Below are positions 19,093 to 27,623 of a stretch of 64,000 bases of DNA, in pieces. The notes beneath the pieces are model-generated. The model worked only from the letters and a program-made list of their open reading frames with translations. It had not been told where the DNA came from and ran no database searches. Source of the stretch: Candidatus Moraniibacteriota bacterium (lineage in GTDB: Bacteria; Patescibacteriota; Minisyncoccia; Moranbacterales; UBA1568); NCBI GenBank assembly GCA_016699425.1, contig CP064975.1, forward strand, positions 654,098 to 718,097, given 5' to 3'. Both the position numbers and the translations under genes were made by a program. Position 1 is the stretch's first letter, and the number at the start of each line of letters is the position of its first letter.

Positions 19093-19884
19093 GTGGCCAT
19101 GAAATTCCAGTCTCTGTCTGTTAAACCAATATGGGGGATGTCAGGCGTCCAGAACTTCTTCGGTGGGGGCTATCCCTTCCACTGGATGTACCAGGCACTC
19201 TTCGGAAAACGCTTTACCTTTGAAGATGTGCTCTTCGTGGCCAAGACAACGACCCTTAAGCCAAACCAGGGAAACATGCCCATGGAGACCGATGGAGTCA
19301 CCCCCCGTGAGCTCCGACCGAAATGCATCGTCTGCGGCCCCTGGCAATTCCTCATGGGAGTGATGTTGAACGCCGTCGGCCTCAGTGGACCCGGCGCAGA
19401 ACAACTCCTACGACGGAACAGCTGGCAGGATCGGGAGGACGGACCATTCATGATTTCCTTCATGTCGATCACCAAAGGTGCCGATGAGGTTGAGAGCGTA
19501 CGATTACACCTGGAAGAGTTCAAGGAATTCGTAAAACTCCTGGCCGAGCAGAAGTTCAAGTCACGCATGATCTTGCAAATCAACGTGACCTGCCCAAATG
19601 TCGGCGCGACACAACAATCAAAAGCTCGCTTCCTCCAGGAATGCCAAGGCTACCTCGCACTGACAGAACAGTACTTGCCTGGGATCCTAGTCATCTTCAA
19701 GGTCAATGTCTACACCGACATCGACACTCTGGTAAAACTCTCCTCACATCCGCAATTCGCTGGGGTATGCGTCTCCAATACGCTTCCCTGGGCAACACTG
19801 ACACGCTGGCAGCAAATCCGGTACTTCCCGTCGAGTATCTTCACCGGCCGATCCCCACTCTACCAATTCGGTGGTGGTGGGCTT
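19093..19884 (+). pseudogene. pyrD: Dihydroorotate dehydrogenase, 5' portion (aa 1-264), interrupted by an IS insertion. The 3' portion resumes at 21097..21330
   Basis: 'NAVGLSGPGAEQLL' matches the DHOD N(A)xGLxNxG motif and the protein has a TIM-barrel pattern. The reading frame continues exactly across the IS target-site duplication into '...SGRPLLPLVEDWVRRARRAGFEDHINAGGGILHPKDVNRLRKAGADSVSIGSVATLRPW...', the canonical DHOD C-terminus. Confidence 0.7.
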
Positions 19885-20987
19885 GTTACCGTTACCTTTT
19901 CAGTTGATAGTAGGGCGCTTTTTTCAAAAAGTTTTACTGCTTCTACGCCTAGTTTTACTAATGTCTCAGGCCAGCGAGCCTGTTTTTTGATACTCAAAGA
20001 GAGTGAAGGGTAACCGTTCAAATATTTAAATTTAGCTTCACAATCTGTAAAAGGCTTGGTTCTCCTCCGTATCATCCACGCATTCAACCAACACTGAGCC
20101 GAAGCAAAACTCTGAAAACCCTTGATCGTCTTCAGCCTCCCATTGAGATGGGAATTGTAGAGTTCAATGAGATTGGTGTTGTTGGGACAGCCTGGCAGCA
20201 GCAAGTAATTGAAGAGTTCCTCCTGCCGGTACGCTATCTCACTTACGATGTTTTTGAGCAGACGTTTCTCTCTCTTGATGCTCGCGGCAAAAGATCGAAT
20301 GGCGTTCGTCACATCCTCTCGTTCTCCAAACACGCTCTCCTTGAGAGCGTAAAAGAAGGGCCGGTATCGCTCTTCACTCCGCACCCGTAAAGCCACCCGG
20401 ATATTCTCCAGGTAGTGGTTGTGGCAGAGCTGCAGCCGAGCCGACGGAAAAACCTTCAGGAGAGCCTTTTTCAGGCCAGAGCGGTCATCGGCGACCACGA
20501 TCTGAAGATCATAGCCAAGTTGCTTCACTTGATGGAAGAAACGTGAGAAGGACACCTCATCTTCCGCTGTATACAAAGCCCCGAAGGGAATATCGTGGGT
20601 CAAGTAATCAATGCCGTAGAGAAAAGGAATCTTTCTCGCAAAGCCTTTGACCGCCACATACTTCCCATCCATGACAAGGATGCCCGAGAAGCGTCTCGGG
20701 TCACAGAGGGTTTGCGTCAGAGCGTCATTGGAAGGAAGTTGTGCTAATTCTCTTGTAACTCTCACGAAGGCTTGTTTTCCCGAGAGACCATATTCATCTC
20801 CTAATTTACGAAACGGTACCCCATCAATATGCTCGATCCACAGCAGTCTCGGATCATGCCCGAAGTAACGAGAAAAAGAATGTTCACAAGCACGACACAG
20901 GTAGTGATGGCTGTAGCCTTGGGAGCCATTCTTCACCGTCTCACGACTGCTGCAGCGGGGACAGTGACGTGACCATTTTTTTGACAT
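19860..20987 (-). CDS. IS1-family transposase (fused InsA-like zinc-finger/HTH + DDE domain)
   Basis: The N-terminus 'CPRCSSRETVKNGSQGYSHHYLCRACEHSFS' resembles the IS1 InsA zinc finger 'CPSCS...RNGKS..GHQRYLC..C...'. The ORF lies inside the IR/TSD-delimited element. Confidence 0.65.
   Translation of the reverse strand: MSKKWSRHCPRCSSRETVKNGSQGYSHHYLCRACEHSFSRYFGHDPRLLWIEHIDGVPFRKLGDEYGLSGKQAFVRVTRELAQLPSNDALTQTLCDPRRFSGILVMDGKYVAVKGFARKIPFLYGIDYLTHDIPFGALYTAEDEVSFSRFFHQVKQLGYDLQIVVADDRSGLKKALLKVFPSARLQLCHNHYLENIRVALRVRSEERYRPFFYALKESVFGEREDVTNAIRSFAASIKREKRLLKNIVSEIAYRQEELFNYLLLPGCPNNTNLIELYNSHLNGRLKTIKGFQSFASAQCWLNAWMIRRRTKPFTDCEAKFKYLNGYPSLSLSIKKQARWPETLVKLGVEAVKLFEKSALLSTEKVTVTSPPPPNW
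19876..19884. repeat. Left copy of the 9-bp target-site duplication GGTGGGCTT
   Basis: An identical 9-mer sits immediately outside both IS termini. Joining the flanks restores the pyrD ORF. Confidence 0.7.
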
Positions 20988-21087
20988 GCTGAATGAAATT
21001 TAAGGCTTAAAGTCAACTTTACAGCCGGTTTGAGGCTCTAGTCTAACAAGAACAACACTTTCCATCAACTGAAAAGGTAACGGTATC
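19885..21087 (-). mobile_element. IS1-family-like insertion sequence (1203 bp), with 25-bp terminal inverted repeats and a single transposase ORF
   Basis: The left end is 'GTTACCGTTACCTTTTCAGTTGAT' and the right end is its inverted complement (24/25 match). The element is flanked by a 9-bp direct repeat GGTGGGCTT (19876-19884 and 21088-21096), and IS1 makes 8-9 bp TSDs. The transposase N-terminus carries an InsA-like zinc finger. Confidence 0.75.
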
Positions 21088-21096
21088 GGTGGGCTT
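21088..21096. repeat. Right copy of the 9-bp target-site duplication GGTGGGCTT
   Basis: See the left copy. Confidence 0.7.
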
Positions 21097-21330
21097 TCCG
21101 GTCGACCTCTCCTTCCTCTCGTTGAGGATTGGGTACGGAGAGCACGCCGGGCTGGGTTCGAAGACCACATCAATGCTGGCGGGGGCATCCTCCACCCCAA
21201 AGATGTGAATCGTCTCAGAAAGGCTGGAGCTGATTCAGTCTCGATTGGATCAGTTGCAACACTTCGCCCCTGGAGGCTGCGGGCCATCATCGACCGTGCC
21301 TATGACCTGTTTGGATCAACTACGTATTGA
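21097..21330 (+). pseudogene. pyrD: Dihydroorotate dehydrogenase, 3' portion (last 77 codons), displaced by the IS insertion
   Basis: In frame with 19093..19884 once the IS and one TSD copy are removed: 'AGGGILHPKDVNRLRKAGADSVSIGSVATLRPWRLRAIIDRAYDLF'. Confidence 0.65.
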
Positions 21331-21360
21331 TTCCCCCAACCACATGCAAGGAGTGGCACC

Positions 21361-22476
21361 ATGACATTCAAAGTTCTCGAAAGTGACGCCGATGGCCGCA
21401 TAATACGGTTCTCGATAAGGCGTCCTATCAATGCCCACGGGCACGTGCGGAGAGGGCGGCAGATGTACGACGTCATTGCTGCTTCGGCAGTATATGAATG
21501 CATGACCCTCATGCCCAACAATGGTCCGGTGCTGACGACCGCCGACGCCCAGGAGTACTACGACGACGCTGTCCGAGCGTTGATCCTGCAGGGATTCGCA
21601 CCCAAACGCGCCAGGCGTTTCCCACGAATGACGCTGTACCTTCATCCCGGACTCACTCCGGCCGAAATCAAGCTGGCCAAAGAAAGCGGTATCGTGACCG
21701 GGGTTAAGTTCTATCCCAAGAACCCGATTCACGGCACAACCGGTGCGGAATACAGCGTCCCGAGCCTCACGGACATCCCCCGCGAAGTCTTCGAGTCGCT
21801 AAACGAACATCAGTTACACCTTCTGCTCCACGGCGAGTCAGCCAGCCACGATCGCATCCTCGAGCTCGAAGCACACTTCGTGAAGGAGCAACTTGCATGG
21901 ATCGTGGAGGAGTATCCTGGTCTTCCGATCTCGCTCGAACATGTAACCAGTAAAGCCGGTGTGGACTTTGTGATGCGGGCCCCGCCCAACGTAACAGCCA
22001 CCATCACGCCACAACACTTGCTGCACACCTTCGACTCCCTGTTCGAAGGCGGTCTACGGGCATTCCGCTACTGCCTACCGCTCTACAAGCACCCGGAAGA
22101 CCGTGCGGCGCTCATCGAAGCAGCGACTTCGGGCAATCCCAAGTTCTGCTGCGGTGACGATACCGCCCCTCACCCGAAGCACGGCAGCTCGCCGAAGTCA
22201 GCCAAACTCGTGGACTGCGGCTGCGCGGGCGCCTTCGTGGCACCCGTAAGCATTCCTCTCTACACGGCTGTTTTCGAACGAGTTGGAGCACTCGATGATC
22301 GCTTCGAGGCCTTCATGAGCAGGAATGGTGCCATCGCTCGCAGCTGGCCACTCAGCGACGATGACATCATCATCGAGCGCCGTCCATGGACAGTGCCCGA
22401 CGACTACCCATACGCTGACAACGTGGTGGTGCCCTTCTGCGCAGGCGAAGAACTTGCTTGGCAAGTCGCTGCCTAA
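21361..22476 (+). CDS. pyrC: Dihydroorotase, homodimeric (E. coli PyrC) type
   Basis: Collinear with E. coli PyrC. 'RRPINAHGHVRRG' corresponds to RRPDDWHLHLRDG, 'MPNNGPVLTT' to MPNLAPPVTT, 'VKFYP' to AKLYP, 'LLLHGE' to LLVHGE, 'TITPQHLL', 'YCLPLYK' to YCLPILK, 'GDDTAPHPKH' to GTDSAPHARH, and 'CGCAGAF' to CGCAGCF. Confidence 0.85.
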   Translation: MTFKVLESDADGRIIRFSIRRPINAHGHVRRGRQMYDVIAASAVYECMTLMPNNGPVLTTADAQEYYDDAVRALILQGFAPKRARRFPRMTLYLHPGLTPAEIKLAKESGIVTGVKFYPKNPIHGTTGAEYSVPSLTDIPREVFESLNEHQLHLLLHGESASHDRILELEAHFVKEQLAWIVEEYPGLPISLEHVTSKAGVDFVMRAPPNVTATITPQHLLHTFDSLFEGGLRAFRYCLPLYKHPEDRAALIEAATSGNPKFCCGDDTAPHPKHGSSPKSAKLVDCGCAGAFVAPVSIPLYTAVFERVGALDDRFEAFMSRNGAIARSWPLSDDDIIIERRPWTVPDDYPYADNVVVPFCAGEELAWQVAA

Positions 22477-22502
22477 CCCCGGTCCCACGCGACCGAACCC
22501 AC

Positions 22503-22540
22503 GTCCCCTGAGTGCGCAATGCACCAGGGACGTTTTTTTT
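22503..22540 (+). terminator. Rho-independent terminator after pyrC
   Basis: The hairpin GTCCCCTGAGTGCGCAATGCACCAGGGAC is followed by T8. It overlaps the 3' end of the convergent dus gene. Confidence 0.5.
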
Positions 22541-23552
22541 ACCTTTGAACGGAATGCGGGCTGTCTATCTTTTCACTCATGCGGTCAGAATGCTGTCGGA
22601 GGAACGCCGCGATCACGCCTTCCACTTTCTCGACGCTGTGACACTCCATGAGTGCGACCCGCAGTTCTTTGGCGAGCGGAAAATGGTTGATATACGCCTG
22701 ATAGTGTTTCTTCATGAGCTCGAAACTCTTCGTCTCGCCCCAGACGCTCGCAAAGAGCCGCGTGTGTTCGAGTGCGGACGCTATCCGCTCACCGACGGTC
22801 ACTTCCTTGGCGCCGTCAAAGAGCCAGGGGTTACCGAAGATCGCCCGACCGAGCATCACCCCATCGCAACCCGTCGCCTTGGCCTTGGCCCGCGCATCGG
22901 CGATATCCCGGACATCGCCATTTCCCACGATGAGTGTACCGCTCCCCGCCGCGATCTCCACCGCTCGCCCGACGCGTTCCCATCGCGCTGGCACTTGGGA
23001 CAGCTCTTTTTTCGTCCGTGCATGGACCGTGATGAGCGCCGGCTTCGCTTCGAGCAATACCGGGAGCCATGCTTCGAGTGTATCCGCATTGAACCCGAGC
23101 CGAGTCTTGACCGAGATCGGCAACTCCGTCCCGCCAGCGATGCAGCCTTCCCGCGCGGCGATGATGAGCTGTTGGGCCAACTTTGGGTCCTGCATACACA
23201 TGGCTCCGGCACCCTGCTTCATCACGTTTTTGTCCGGACAACCCATATTGATGTCGAGCCCGTCAAACCCGAGCTGGGCGATGAGCTTGGCTGCCTCAAA
23301 CATCTTTTCTGGGTGCGCGGTAAAGAGTTGCGCGACGATCGGCCGCTCCGCTTCCGTGTAGTCCAGGTCACGGAGGAGCGCCGCCCGACCCTTGGGGTGA
23401 CACAATCCGTCGGCGGAAACGAATTCCGTCCACAACACATCGGGCCGGCTGTGCCGGATGATATGCTGCCGAAAGACCGCGTCCGTCACATTGGCCAAAG
23501 GTGCCAAGACGAAGAACGGGCGTGGCAATGTCTGCCAAAAGTTTTTTTCCAT
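22539..23552 (-). CDS. dus: tRNA-dihydrouridine synthase
   Basis: 'FVLAPLANVTDAVFRQ' matches the Dus LAPMAGVTD..FR motif, and 'GFDGLDINMGCPDKNVMKQGAGAMCM' carries the GCP motif. The fold is an FMN TIM barrel. Confidence 0.75.
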   Translation of the reverse strand: MEKNFWQTLPRPFFVLAPLANVTDAVFRQHIIRHSRPDVLWTEFVSADGLCHPKGRAALLRDLDYTEAERPIVAQLFTAHPEKMFEAAKLIAQLGFDGLDINMGCPDKNVMKQGAGAMCMQDPKLAQQLIIAAREGCIAGGTELPISVKTRLGFNADTLEAWLPVLLEAKPALITVHARTKKELSQVPARWERVGRAVEIAAGSGTLIVGNGDVRDIADARAKAKATGCDGVMLGRAIFGNPWLFDGAKEVTVGERIASALEHTRLFASVWGETKSFELMKKHYQAYINHFPLAKELRVALMECHSVEKVEGVIAAFLRQHSDRMSEKIDSPHSVQR

Positions 23553-23654
23553 AGCGTCGCCAGCTTAGCATCCTCCTCAATGCGGCTGCAAACTCGGACA
23601 AAATGAAAGGGACGCACATTCACGTCCCCCAATGCTTGGGATGATTCCCCTTCC

Positions 23655-24014
23655 TCACCTGATCTGACCGATCTTTTGCTGTATCAGTGCAAGCGCCACC
23701 GGAGCCGAATGGCACTGATGAATTTGGTCCCAGTCCATGAAGCGGCCACCGTGGCTATACCCTCCAGCGCGCTTCTTGAGTCGCGAGATATACCCGCTCG
23801 TCCAGATCCTGTCATCCACCACCGGCAGACCGATGATGATTTTATCCGACGGCCAGTCCAGCAAGTCTGACAGGAGGGTACTGAGCCATGGCGGCCGAAC
23901 ATTTGCCGTTAAAGCCCTGAGTTGACCCTTGGTCAACAGATCAACTCCATGCACGACGATTTGCATCATTCTTCTCCTGAGAAACAATCGAAGAAAACCG
24001 ATGGCCGCTGCCAT
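23655..24014 (-). CDS. Hypothetical protein (weak call)
   Basis: The only ORF over 100 aa in a 675-bp gap. No motif recognised, and it may be non-coding. Confidence 0.15.
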   Translation of the reverse strand: MAAAIGFLRLFLRRRMMQIVVHGVDLLTKGQLRALTANVRPPWLSTLLSDLLDWPSDKIIIGLPVVDDRIWTSGYISRLKKRAGGYSHGGRFMDWDQIHQCHSAPVALALIQQKIGQIR

Positions 24015-24165
24015 CGATCACCAGTCCAGACCCAGAAACAGACGCTACGAAAAAACTGCCTCCACTATCGCACCAATCCAGTTTCTGTCAATACCCGATG
24101 CTGCGAGTACCCTTGACAAGAGGTCGCCCGCTCCCTATAGTGGACCTAATTAGTCCGCATTATGA

Positions 24166-24230
24166 ATCCCGTTAGAAACGGGTTCGTTTTCACGAAATAC
24201 CCTCTATAACTCGTGTTTTTCTAACGGGAT
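24166..24230 (+). promoter_or_regulatory. Inverted-repeat operator candidate and promoter region of the rrf2-suf operon
   Basis: ATCCCGTTAGAAACGGG lies at 24166-24183 and its partner TTTCTAACGGGAT at 24217-24230, overlapping the Rrf2 start codon. A -10-like TATAAC lies between them at ~24205. Confidence 0.35.
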
Positions 24231-24672
24231 GAAAGTATCAAAAAAGGCTTACTACGGCCTCCGAGCCGCGATCGCCTTGGTGCAGGCTGGTAGTCCGCTC
24301 TCTATTCACGCCCTCGCAGAGTCCGAGCATCTCCCCGAAGACTATCTCGAGAAAATCCTCCAAGCGCTCCGGAAGGCCGGCATCGTCGAGGCAACCAAAG
24401 GTGTCGCCGGCGGCTACCGGCTCGCTCACTCCGCTCGGGCGACAAATGTCTGGGACATTCTCCGCGTCCTCGATGGCCCAATTGAGACGTTCACTCCGCC
24501 GATCAAAGGCTCCCTCCCCGCCAGCAACGCTGGGCGCGTAACTCCTGCGGGCTGGCCCTGCCCTCCAGCAAGCCACTGTCAGACAAATCAAGTCTGGCGC
24601 ACGCTCGAAGAAAAGATCGAGGAAACGCTCTCGGGTATTTCACTCGAACATTTGTCTCATACCACTCGCTAA
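24229..24672 (+). CDS. Rrf2-family transcriptional regulator (IscR/SufR-like)
   Basis: 'MKVSKKAYYGLRAAIALV...LSIHALAESEHLPEDYLEKILQALRKAGIVEATKGVAGGYRLA' is the Rrf2 wHTH signature. It sits first in the suf operon. Confidence 0.7.
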   Translation: MKVSKKAYYGLRAAIALVQAGSPLSIHALAESEHLPEDYLEKILQALRKAGIVEATKGVAGGYRLAHSARATNVWDILRVLDGPIETFTPPIKGSLPASNAGRVTPAGWPCPPASHCQTNQVWRTLEEKIEETLSGISLEHLSHTTR

Positions 24673-24676
24673 CCCT

Positions 24677-25414
24677 ATGCTCACCATCCAAAATCTCTCC
24701 GTCTCCGTCGAGGGCAAGAAGATCCTCCATGATTTCTCATTCGATTTCAAGGCGAGCAAAACCTATGCGCTCATGGGTCCGAACGGCTCCGGCAAATCGA
24801 CCCTAGCCAGCACCATCATGGGGCACCCGAAGTATCTTCTTTCCCGGAATGCCAAGTTGCTTGTCGGCAAGCCTGCCCGCCCGACTGGCGGGAAGAGCCT
24901 GAAAAACCTCTCGCCCGATGAACGTGCCCGGCTCGGTGTCTTCCTATCGTTCCAAACACCGATGGAACTCGCCGGCGTGACCGTCTTCGAGTTGTTGCGA
25001 CTCGCACTCGAGAAGCGGATCGAACCGGTGGAGCTCCACCAGCTCGTCGCCGAGTATGCCAAGGAACTCCATATCAAGGATGAGCTTTTGAAGCGTTCAC
25101 TCAATGCTGGATTCTCGGGCGGCGAGAAGAAAAAGCTCGAAGCTCTCCAAGCGGTCCTCCTCGCTCCCCGCTTCGCCATTTTCGATGAGCTCGATACCGG
25201 TGTCGACGTCGATGCTCTGAAAACAATCACGAAATTTCTGAAACAACATCTCCCGAAAGAAACGACGCGCGTCTTCATCACACACTCGACCCGGCTCCTG
25301 AAGACGATCGCTCCCGATGAAGTCCTGGTACTGCGTGATGGCCGACTCATAAAGACCGGCCGTGGCGCACTCGCGAAACAGATCGAAGAAAAGGGTTTCG
25401 AAAATCTCTCCTAA
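24677..25414 (+). CDS. sufC: Fe-S cluster assembly ATPase SufC
   Basis: Walker A 'LMGPNGSGKSTL', ABC signature 'GFSGGEKKKLE' and Walker B 'AIFDELDTGVDV'. Confidence 0.85.
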   Translation: MLTIQNLSVSVEGKKILHDFSFDFKASKTYALMGPNGSGKSTLASTIMGHPKYLLSRNAKLLVGKPARPTGGKSLKNLSPDERARLGVFLSFQTPMELAGVTVFELLRLALEKRIEPVELHQLVAEYAKELHIKDELLKRSLNAGFSGGEKKKLEALQAVLLAPRFAIFDELDTGVDVDALKTITKFLKQHLPKETTRVFITHSTRLLKTIAPDEVLVLRDGRLIKTGRGALAKQIEEKGFENLS

Positions 25415-25579
25415 ACCAATTTATAACGGCCATTTTTGCGAGTTCCGCTGAAGTCCGCTTCACAGGAACGAGGAGAAATGGCCGGACTTATCCTCATAAG
25501 CAGATCGTGCGTTTTCTTTTTGAAGACCGCTGAGATATTCCTCACAGGTTTGAAGAAAGAAAGTCAACGATCGAACGAA

Positions 25580-26989
25580 ATGTCCAAGAAAGCCCACCAA
25601 AAAAATATCGATCTCGGAGATTACCAGTTCGGTTTCTCTATGCCTGAACGCTCCGTCCACAAGACGAGCGTCGGCCTCGATGCCGCGACGGTCAGCGAGA
25701 TCTCGGGTGTGAAGGGCGAAGGAAAATGGATGCGCGACTTCCGGCTCAAGAGCTATCAGACTTTCCTGGCTAAGCCGATGCCTGACTGGGGTGCTGATCT
25801 CTCGGGTATCGATTTCGCTGCCATCACCTATTATCTGAAGGCCACCACCGAACAGTCGCAGACTTGGGAGGACCTGCCCAAAGAAATCCGTGATACCTAT
25901 GACAAAATCGGCGTGCCCGAAGCAGAGAAGAATTTCCTCGCCGGTGTCTCCGCCCAGTACGAGTCCGAAGTCGTCTATGAAAGTGTCCACAAGGAACTGA
26001 CTAAGCTCGGCGTCATTTTCTGTGACATGGATACAGCCGTGAAAAAATATCCGAAAATTGTGAAGGAGTATTTGGGTAAACTCATCCCACCCAACGATAA
26101 CAAATTTGCCGCCCTCAATTCGGCGGTCTGGTCGGGTGGCTCCTTTGTCTATGTCCCAAAAGGTGTCAAAGTTGATCTGCCGCTCCAGGCCTATTTCCGC
26201 ATCAATGCTGAATCGTTTGGCCAATTCGAGCGCACCCTCATCATCGCCGAGGAAGGCAGCTCGGTGCACTATATCGAAGGCTGCACCGCGCCGATCTACC
26301 GGTCGAGCTCGCTGCACTCGGCCGTCGTCGAAATCTTTGTGAAGAAAAATGCTCGGGTTCGCTACACGACCGTTCAGAACTGGTCAAAGAACATTTATAA
26401 CCTCGTGACCAAACGGGCTCGGGCCGAAGAAAATGCCGTCATGGAGTGGATCGACTGCAATATTGGCTCTGGCGTCACGATGAAATACCCGGCCGTGTAC
26501 CTCGCTGGCCGCGGGGCCCGGGGTGAGGTCCTCTCGATCGCCTATGCCGGAGCGGGTCAGCACCAGGATGCCGGTGCCAAGATGGTCCACCTCGCGCCCG
26601 ACACCACTTCACGGGTCGTCTCGAAATCAATCTCGAAGGACGGCGGGCGCACTTCGTACCGTGGTCTGGTCCACATCGCCCAAGGCGCGACCAATGCGAA
26701 GGCGTCTGTCGTCTGCGATGCCCTCCTCCTCGATGAGCACTCGCGCTCGGATACGTACCCCACGATACGAGTCAACGAAGAGACTGCCGTGGTCGAGCAC
26801 GAGGCGACTATCGAACGTATCGGTGAGGAAAAGCTCTTCTATCTCATGTCGCGCGGCATCTCAAAGTCAGACGCCGAGGGACTGCTCGTCAACGGTTTCA
26901 TCGATCCTGTGGTCAAAGAAATCCCGCTGGAATACTCGATTGAACTCAACCGTCTCATGAATCTTGAAATGAAAGGCTCAATCGGCTAA
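25580..26989 (+). CDS. sufB: Fe-S cluster assembly scaffold SufB
   Basis: SufB/SufD beta-helix family, with 'FVYVPKGVKVDLPLQAYFRINAESFGQFERTLIIAEEGSSVHYIEGCTAP' and the conserved C-terminal region. The start is taken at the ATG (MSKKAHQK) rather than the track start at 25436. Confidence 0.85.
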   Translation: MSKKAHQKNIDLGDYQFGFSMPERSVHKTSVGLDAATVSEISGVKGEGKWMRDFRLKSYQTFLAKPMPDWGADLSGIDFAAITYYLKATTEQSQTWEDLPKEIRDTYDKIGVPEAEKNFLAGVSAQYESEVVYESVHKELTKLGVIFCDMDTAVKKYPKIVKEYLGKLIPPNDNKFAALNSAVWSGGSFVYVPKGVKVDLPLQAYFRINAESFGQFERTLIIAEEGSSVHYIEGCTAPIYRSSSLHSAVVEIFVKKNARVRYTTVQNWSKNIYNLVTKRARAEENAVMEWIDCNIGSGVTMKYPAVYLAGRGARGEVLSIAYAGAGQHQDAGAKMVHLAPDTTSRVVSKSISKDGGRTSYRGLVHIAQGATNAKASVVCDALLLDEHSRSDTYPTIRVNEETAVVEHEATIERIGEEKLFYLMSRGISKSDAEGLLVNGFIDPVVKEIPLEYSIELNRLMNLEMKGSIG

Positions 26990-26993
26990 CCGT

Positions 26994-27608
26994 ATGCAGT
27001 ACCGCGATATCTCAACCGATACTCAGACTGTCTATCGCCTCGCCGCAAACGAGAAAATGGTTTTTTTCATGTTGAATCGTACGGGCGACATTACCATCGA
27101 GCTCGCTGGGTCAGGCGCGACCGCTCATGTCTTCGCTCTTTATTCAGGAAAGGGTACTCTGAAACAATCGCTCACACTCACTCAAAAGCACCTCGCTCCG
27201 GATACTATCTCATCAGTGCTCATCAAATCCGCACTCGATGACCAATCTTCCTTTACATACGATGGGGCAATTGAAATCGCTCCCGATGCTCATCGCTCCG
27301 ATGCCAGTCTAGAGAGTCGCGCTCTCCTCCTCTCTGCCGACGCCCGGGCCACCGCACGACCGACACTCGAGATCCTCGCTCACGATGTCAGCTGCCACCA
27401 TGCGGCGGCGACTAGCCCGATCAATGCTGAAGCCCTTTACTTTGCCCAATCCCGTGGGCTCTCGGCTGCCAAAGCGAGAGACCTCCTCGTGCAAGGGTTT
27501 TTCCAAGAAGCTATAGAAAAAATGCAGACACTATGTGTCAATTTTCAATTTCCCATTCACAATGTCCAGACAATGTTCAATGAATCAATTTCAGAATTAC
27601 AGCATTGA
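26994..27608 (+). CDS. sufD: SufD-like protein (short, beta-helix core only)
   Basis: It sits between sufB and sufS, with SufBD-fold segments 'SLESRALLLSADARATARPTLEILAHDVSCHHAAATSPI'. The last ~25 codons are encoded by an AT-rich repeat element, so the true C-terminus is uncertain. Confidence 0.5.
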   Translation: MQYRDISTDTQTVYRLAANEKMVFFMLNRTGDITIELAGSGATAHVFALYSGKGTLKQSLTLTQKHLAPDTISSVLIKSALDDQSSFTYDGAIEIAPDAHRSDASLESRALLLSADARATARPTLEILAHDVSCHHAAATSPINAEALYFAQSRGLSAAKARDLLVQGFFQEAIEKMQTLCVNFQFPIHNVQTMFNESISELQH

Positions 27609-27623
27609 AATTCTCCCAACACT
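27538..27623. repeat. AT-rich repeat element, copy 1, upstream of sufS and overlapping the sufD 3' end
   Basis: It shares 'AATTTTCAATTTCC' and 'CAATGAATCAATTTCA.AATT' with the copy at 28848-28958. It is far below the local GC content. Confidence 0.5.

Noticed and set aside
22503-22540. Hairpin as a terminator for dus (minus strand)
   Set aside because: On the minus strand the hairpin falls inside the last dus codons and is not followed by a U-tract. It is oriented as the pyrC (+) terminator.
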